Part shown: positions 59,790 to 64,000 of the stretch, in pieces
Layout of the letters: the number at the start of each line of letters is the position of its first letter
How positions within the stretch are numbered: the stretch's first letter is position 1
DNA from: an uncultured Actinomycetes bacterium
Lineage (GTDB): Bacteria > Actinomycetota > Acidimicrobiia > IMCC26256 > PALSA-555
Assembly: GCA_903899845.1 (NCBI GenBank)
Contig: CAIUKV010000038.1
Span: 346-64,345 of the forward strand
DNA length: 64,000 nucleotides
Reading direction: 5' to 3'
Translations under genes and position numbers: made by a program
Notes under the pieces: model-generated
Database searches by the model: none
Told to the model about the DNA's origin: nothing
Seen by the model: only the letters and a program-made list of their open reading frames with translations

Positions 59790-62375
59790 GTGACCGCCCC
59801 GCCCCCCGCCCCCACGTCGCGGGCCGGGGGCCGGCGGCTCCGGCGCTTCTGGCGGCTCCGGTGGATCGTCGCGCTCGCCGTCGCCGCGGGACTCGCCGCC
59901 GCCGCTCCCGGCGCCGCCGCGACCACCGCACCGACCGCCGCACCCGGTGGAGCGGTCGCCCCGGACGATCCCCGGACGGCGCCCGACGGGCCCGGCCCCG
60001 GCGGTTCCGACATCATCCGGCCCGAGGTCGTGGACGAGATCCCCGGAACCCGGGTCGAGTCGCTGGCCCTCCCCGCCGGTGCCGCCCGCTTCGTGCCCCT
60101 CGCCCCCCAGCGGATCCTCGACACCCGACCCGGCGCGACCCAGATCGGCTACTCCGGGCCCAAGCCCGGGGCGGGCGCCACCGTGGGGCTCACCGTGCGC
60201 GGCGTCGCCGGGGTGAGCATGACCGCCACCGCCGTGGTCGGGAACCTCACCGTGACCGAGGCGAACGGGCCCGGCTACGTCACCGCCTACCCGAGCGGGC
60301 AGCCCCGCCCCCTCGCGTCGAACCTCAACCCCGAGTTCGCCGGGCAGACCATCCCCAACTCCACGATCGTGCCGATCGGCACCGGGGGCGGGATCTCGCT
60401 CTACACCCTCACGGGATCGCACCTGGTGTTCGACGTCGTCGGCTACTTCGAGCCGGTCGGCGCCGCGGTCGCCGCGGGCCGGGTCGTGACGGTGCCCCCG
60501 GCCCGGATCTTCGACTCCCGGCCACCCCCGTACACGCTCAACTCGACCGGCACGCGGCTCCCCGCCGGGCCGAGCACGACGATCCCCGTGGCCGGACGGG
60601 GCGGGGTCCCCGCCGACGCGACCGGCGCCGTCCTCAACGTCACCGCGACCGAGCCCCTCGCGCCGGGCTGGGTCCAGGTCGGGCCCGCCGGGGGCTACAC
60701 GCGGGGGGCGTCGTCGAACCTCAACTTGGAGTACGCCGGGCAGACCATCCCCAACCAGGTGATCGTCCCCCTCGGCGCCGGCGGCGCGATCGGCGTCGAC
60801 GTCCAGGCCGCCACCCACCTCGTGGTCGACGTCACCGGCTACGTCACCGGCCCGACCGCCGGATCGTCGGAGACCGGCCTGTTCGTGCCCCTGACCCCGG
60901 CCCGCGTCCTCGACACGCGCGAGCGCGGGATCGAGCCCTGGCCCGGCGCCAACGTCGGCATCGTGACCGGGGGCTACGGCGGCGTGCCCCGCACCGCCTA
61001 CGGCGCCGTCGCGATCAACGCGACGCTCGTCGATGCCGACGCCCCCGGGTTCGTGCAGCTCGCACCGGCCCGGACGCTGGTGCCGGGGGCCTCGTCCACC
61101 CTGAACGCGGCCCGGGCCGGCCAGGTCATCGCCAACGCCGCGATCGTGGCTGCGTCGAACCAGGGAGTCGACGCGTACGTCCAGAGCGGCGCGCATCTCG
61201 TCGCCGACGTGGTCGGCTACTTCACCGGCGGCCCGCAGAGCGCGTACACCGATCCGCTCGGCATCCTCACCGACGGCCTGCTCACCCGCAGCGTCGGCAC
61301 CGGCACCGACCGGTTCGCGGTGTGGGTGTGCACCGTGCCGCCGAACACCACGCATCCCGACTACCTGCCGTACGTCCAGAGCGGCGACATGCGGGCCAAC
61401 ACCCCGGCCTCGGCGGCCGCGCACTTCGAGGAGGCCACGGAGGCGTTCTTCAGCGCAGTGTCGCGCTTCCGCTACTTCCCCGAGTTCGACCCCGCCGGCA
61501 CGATCGCCCTGCTGCCCGCCGAGGGTCCCGACGACTGCCTGGACCGCGCCCGGGCCGCCACCGGCGATCCGTTCACCAACGTCGCGGCGACCGACACGGC
61601 GGGGTACCGCGGCGGCTTCGGCGGGCCCGGGTCGATCGCGATCACCACCCCACCCTCCGGCGCGACCCTCTTCACCGGGCCGGACGTGACCGGCCGCGGC
61701 CTGTGGGTGGGCGGCGGCGCTGCGAGCGACCCGTCGGACACCACCATCGCCCACGAGATCGGCCACACCCTCCACTGGCCGCACTCGTACCTCGGCCCGG
61801 CCAGCGAGTACGACAACCCGGTCGACCTGATGTCGGGGTCCCCGTTCCCCGGCGGGTGGTGCCCGCCGTACCCGGGCGCCAGCATCCTGTGGTCCGGCTG
61901 CGCGTACCAGCACACCCTGGCCATCAACCGCTACGCGAGTGGCTGGATCGATCCCACCGACGTGGTCGTGCACGCCTCGGGCACCACGACCGTCGACCTC
62001 GCCCACCCCCTCGGCGCCAACCTCGCCAACCCCCTGACCCAGCGCACCCAGCTGCTCGTGGCCCCGTCCGGCGACCCGAAGGTGGTGGCCACGATCGAGG
62101 CCCGACCCCAGGTCACGTGGGACGCGATCCTCGGCCAGGGCGGCGTCGCCGTCCACGTATCGGACCAGCGCACGGCATCCTGCAGCCTCGGCGCGCTCCT
62201 CGGCGGGTGCATCTCGCTGGAGCGTCGCGTCGCGCAGTTCACCGGCTCACCGAACGCCTACACCCACGTCCTCGCACCCGGCGCCACGCTCACGCTGCGC
62301 GGCCTGACCATCCAGGTGCTCGCCACCACCGCCACCGGCTACCAGGTCCGGGTGTCGGGCACCTTCGTGCCCTAG
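59790..62375 (+). CDS. secreted protein: three ~135-aa repeat modules plus a C-terminal HExxH zinc-metalloprotease domain
   Basis: ORF 59790..62375. N-terminal signal/anchor RRFWRLRWIVALAVAAGLAAAAPGAAA. Three modules, each P.RILDTR ... SNLN ... PN..IVP ... HLV.DV.GYF. Then TIAHEIGHTLHWPHS. Confidence 0.8.
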   Translation: MTAPPPAPTSRAGGRRLRRFWRLRWIVALAVAAGLAAAAPGAAATTAPTAAPGGAVAPDDPRTAPDGPGPGGSDIIRPEVVDEIPGTRVESLALPAGAARFVPLAPQRILDTRPGATQIGYSGPKPGAGATVGLTVRGVAGVSMTATAVVGNLTVTEANGPGYVTAYPSGQPRPLASNLNPEFAGQTIPNSTIVPIGTGGGISLYTLTGSHLVFDVVGYFEPVGAAVAAGRVVTVPPARIFDSRPPPYTLNSTGTRLPAGPSTTIPVAGRGGVPADATGAVLNVTATEPLAPGWVQVGPAGGYTRGASSNLNLEYAGQTIPNQVIVPLGAGGAIGVDVQAATHLVVDVTGYVTGPTAGSSETGLFVPLTPARVLDTRERGIEPWPGANVGIVTGGYGGVPRTAYGAVAINATLVDADAPGFVQLAPARTLVPGASSTLNAARAGQVIANAAIVAASNQGVDAYVQSGAHLVADVVGYFTGGPQSAYTDPLGILTDGLLTRSVGTGTDRFAVWVCTVPPNTTHPDYLPYVQSGDMRANTPASAAAHFEEATEAFFSAVSRFRYFPEFDPAGTIALLPAEGPDDCLDRARAATGDPFTNVAATDTAGYRGGFGGPGSIAITTPPSGATLFTGPDVTGRGLWVGGGAASDPSDTTIAHEIGHTLHWPHSYLGPASEYDNPVDLMSGSPFPGGWCPPYPGASILWSGCAYQHTLAINRYASGWIDPTDVVVHASGTTTVDLAHPLGANLANPLTQRTQLLVAPSGDPKVVATIEARPQVTWDAILGQGGVAVHVSDQRTASCSLGALLGGCISLERRVAQFTGSPNAYTHVLAPGATLTLRGLTIQVLATTATGYQVRVSGTFVP

Positions 62376-62400
62376 CGGCCCGCACGCGCCCGGCGGACCG

Positions 62401-62406
62401 TAGGCT
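62401..62406 (+). promoter_or_regulatory. -10 box TAGGCT, leaderless start GTG 62415
   Basis: TANNNT 8 nt upstream of the start. Confidence 0.4.
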
Positions 62407-62414
62407 CCCCGGTC

Positions 62415-64000
62415 GTGACGCCCGCCCGCCGTCGGCTCCTCGCCGTCGGTGCGTTCCCGGCCGCGCTGATGCTCGTCACCCTGGTCCTCGGCCTCGCCGG
62501 GATCAGCGGCTCATCGGTGGCCCGCCACGACCCCGGGGCCGAGCCGGCCGTCGGGCGGACCCGGGCCATCCGCTACGACGAGCTCCAGGTCCGCACGCCG
62601 CTGGTCCTGCGCCAGGCCGAGCTCGGCTTCCCGGCCCGGAGCCGGGTCGGCGTCGGCGCGCACGACATGGGCCTGCTCGCCAACCTCCCGGTCGCGGGCT
62701 GGCCCAACCTCGTGCGCCCCCACCAGGTCCAGTACCAGGTGCTCGGGGTCGACGCCGCCTTCGCGCTCGAGTGGTGGCTCGTGCAGCTCGCGCTCCCGGC
62801 GATCGGGGTGTACGCCCTGCTCCTCGCGTGCCGGTCCCGCGTGGTCGTCGCCGCGCTCGGCGGGCTCGCGTTCGCGTGCTGCCCGGCGATGCAGTGGTGG
62901 ACCTCCACCGGCCTCGGGACCGTCGTCGGCTACCTCGGTCTGGCCGGTGCCGTCGCGCTGTGGGGCACCCGGGCCCGGTCGCGCGCGGCGCGCGTGGGGC
63001 TCGGCGCGGTCGCGGGCTGGCTCGGCGCCTGCGGGGTCCTGGTGCTCTACGTGCCCTGGGTGCTGCCGGTGGCGCTGATCGTCGGCGCACTGATCGTGGC
63101 TGCGTTCCTCGCCGAGGCCGACCGGCCCCGGTCCGCCCGCGCCCTCGCCGCCATCGTCGTGCCCGTCGCGGGTGCTGCCGCCCTCGTCGCCGGGATCGCG
63201 GTCGTCGCCTTCCTCGGCGCCCACGCCGAGGCCCTGCGCGCCGTGGCCGACAGCGTGTACCCGGGCCAGCGCCGAGTCGGCGGGGGCGCCGGCACCCTGC
63301 AACTCCTCCTCGGCGCGCCGTTCGACCCCATCGCCGCCTGGGATCCGGCGGCGATGCCGACGATCAACGGCGTGAACCAGACCGAGTCCGCCGGCGGCGT
63401 GTTTCTCCTCGCCGCGGTGCTCGCCGCCCTCGCCGCCGACGCCCGCCGCGCCCTGGGCCGACCGTGGCGCGCCCGGCTCCCCCTCGGCGCAGTGCTGGTG
63501 ACCGGCACCGGCCTCGTGGCCTGGTACCTGTTGCCGGTGCCGGCCGCCTTGGGTCGCCTCGTCGGCTTCCACCTGGTGCCGTCGTACCGGCTGCTGCCCT
63601 CCATCGCGCTGGCGTCGGTGCTGGCGGTCGCGCTCTACGTCGAGGCCCACGACCGGTGGCGACCACCCCTGCGCGCGCGCAGCGCGCTGGTCGGAACAGC
63701 GGTGTTCGCGCTCGCCACCACATGGGCGGCGAGCGAGTTCACCATCGATGGCCGGTCCGGTGCGACGCTGACCCTCGTCGCCCTCGCCGTCGCATCGGTC
63801 GTCTCGGTCGCCGCAACCCTCGCCCGGGGTGCCCCCGGCCTCGTCGTGCTCGTCGTCGTGACGGCGATCGGCGCCGCACTCGTGAACCCCCTGCAGCATG
63901 GGCTCGGCCCGTTGCGCGATCACCCGGCGGCCCGGCTCGGCCGCGAGCTCCGGGACCGCCCGGGCACCGGCGCGGTGGTCGTCCTCGCCAACGACCCCGC
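62415..64000 (+). CDS. polytopic membrane protein, partial (runs off right edge)
   Basis: Absent from the ORF track because there is no stop in the window. Hand translation from GTG 62415 gives VTPARRRLLAVGAFPAALMLVTLVLGLAG... with more than 10 hydrophobic helices and consistently G/C third positions. TAGGCT lies 8 nt upstream. Confidence 0.6.
   Translation, partial: MTPARRRLLAVGAFPAALMLVTLVLGLAGISGSSVARHDPGAEPAVGRTRAIRYDELQVRTPLVLRQAELGFPARSRVGVGAHDMGLLANLPVAGWPNLVRPHQVQYQVLGVDAAFALEWWLVQLALPAIGVYALLLACRSRVVVAALGGLAFACCPAMQWWTSTGLGTVVGYLGLAGAVALWGTRARSRAARVGLGAVAGWLGACGVLVLYVPWVLPVALIVGALIVAAFLAEADRPRSARALAAIVVPVAGAAALVAGIAVVAFLGAHAEALRAVADSVYPGQRRVGGGAGTLQLLLGAPFDPIAAWDPAAMPTINGVNQTESAGGVFLLAAVLAALAADARRALGRPWRARLPLGAVLVTGTGLVAWYLLPVPAALGRLVGFHLVPSYRLLPSIALASVLAVALYVEAHDRWRPPLRARSALVGTAVFALATTWAASEFTIDGRSGATLTLVALAVASVVSVAATLARGAPGLVVLVVVTAIGAALVNPLQHGLGPLRDHPAARLGRELRDRPGTGAVVVLANDP

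Noticed and set aside
59574-62156. 860-aa minus-strand ORF opposite the metalloprotease gene. Also 62511..63923 (-), opposite the terminal membrane-protein gene.
   Set aside because: Same shadow-ORF composition. The plus-strand frames have a signal peptide, a triplicated module and HExxH, or clean TM helices.
1-64000. Mobile elements, prophage, defence islands, rRNA or tRNA genes.
   Set aside because: I recognised no integrase, transposase, recombinase, phage structural gene, restriction, toxin-antitoxin or cas signature, and no rRNA- or tRNA-like sequence. Apart from the 51-nt AT-rich patch, GC content looks uniform.

Overview
This is a high-GC window (over 70% by eye) of actinobacterial-type chromosome. 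It is densely packed on both strands, and I call about 61 protein-coding genes. I found no rRNA, tRNA, CRISPR array, transposase or integrase.

Most long entries in the six-frame track are Arg/Pro/Gly-rich shadow ORFs opposite or out of frame with real genes. I picked real frames by recognisable protein motifs, third-position GC, Shine-Dalgarno or leaderless start context, and 1-4 nt start/stop overlaps.

Gene content is mainly catabolic and redox enzymes:
- two cytochrome P450s
- three PF04909-type amidohydrolases
- four SDRs and two Zn-dependent alcohol dehydrogenases
- two aldo/keto reductases
- a family III CoA-transferase, a DUF35-thiolase fusion and a FadH-like flavoprotein
- an F420/DDN-like protein and an LLM (luciferase-like) monooxygenase

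There are also sulfur-ester genes: two sulfotransferases, an MBL-fold alkylsulfatase-like protein and an orphan anSME-like radical SAM enzyme. Housekeeping genes include csp, mscL, pyk, LOG, an alkB-like gene and a DEAD-box helicase.

Most interesting observations:
1. A self-contained minus-strand operon (about 46211-50339) runs PqqD-like RRE, JmjC/cupin oxygenase, a 63-codon ORF coupled at both ends, a second JmjC/cupin oxygenase, a MacB/FtsX permease and an ABC ATPase fused to a cNMP-binding domain. It looks like a RiPP-like system with no hallmark enzyme of a known class.
2. A perfect LexA (Cheo-type) SOS box sits in the spacer of a leaderless alkB-like promoter.
3. Five short tandem multiplications (12-23 bp units) lie at gene boundaries.
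4. Nineteen genes carry a TANNNT box 6-8 nt upstream of the start codon, the leaderless-transcript signature.
5. A DEAD-box helicase is fused to a cold-shock domain.
6. A chimeric ORF joins a response regulator, a partial GAF domain and a glycosyltransferase C-terminal fragment. It lies behind a C10 homopolymer and an AT-rich island.
7. A sulfotransferase is translationally coupled to an MBL alkylsulfatase-like protein whose metal motif is altered.

All functional calls come from motif recognition by eye. No database search was run.
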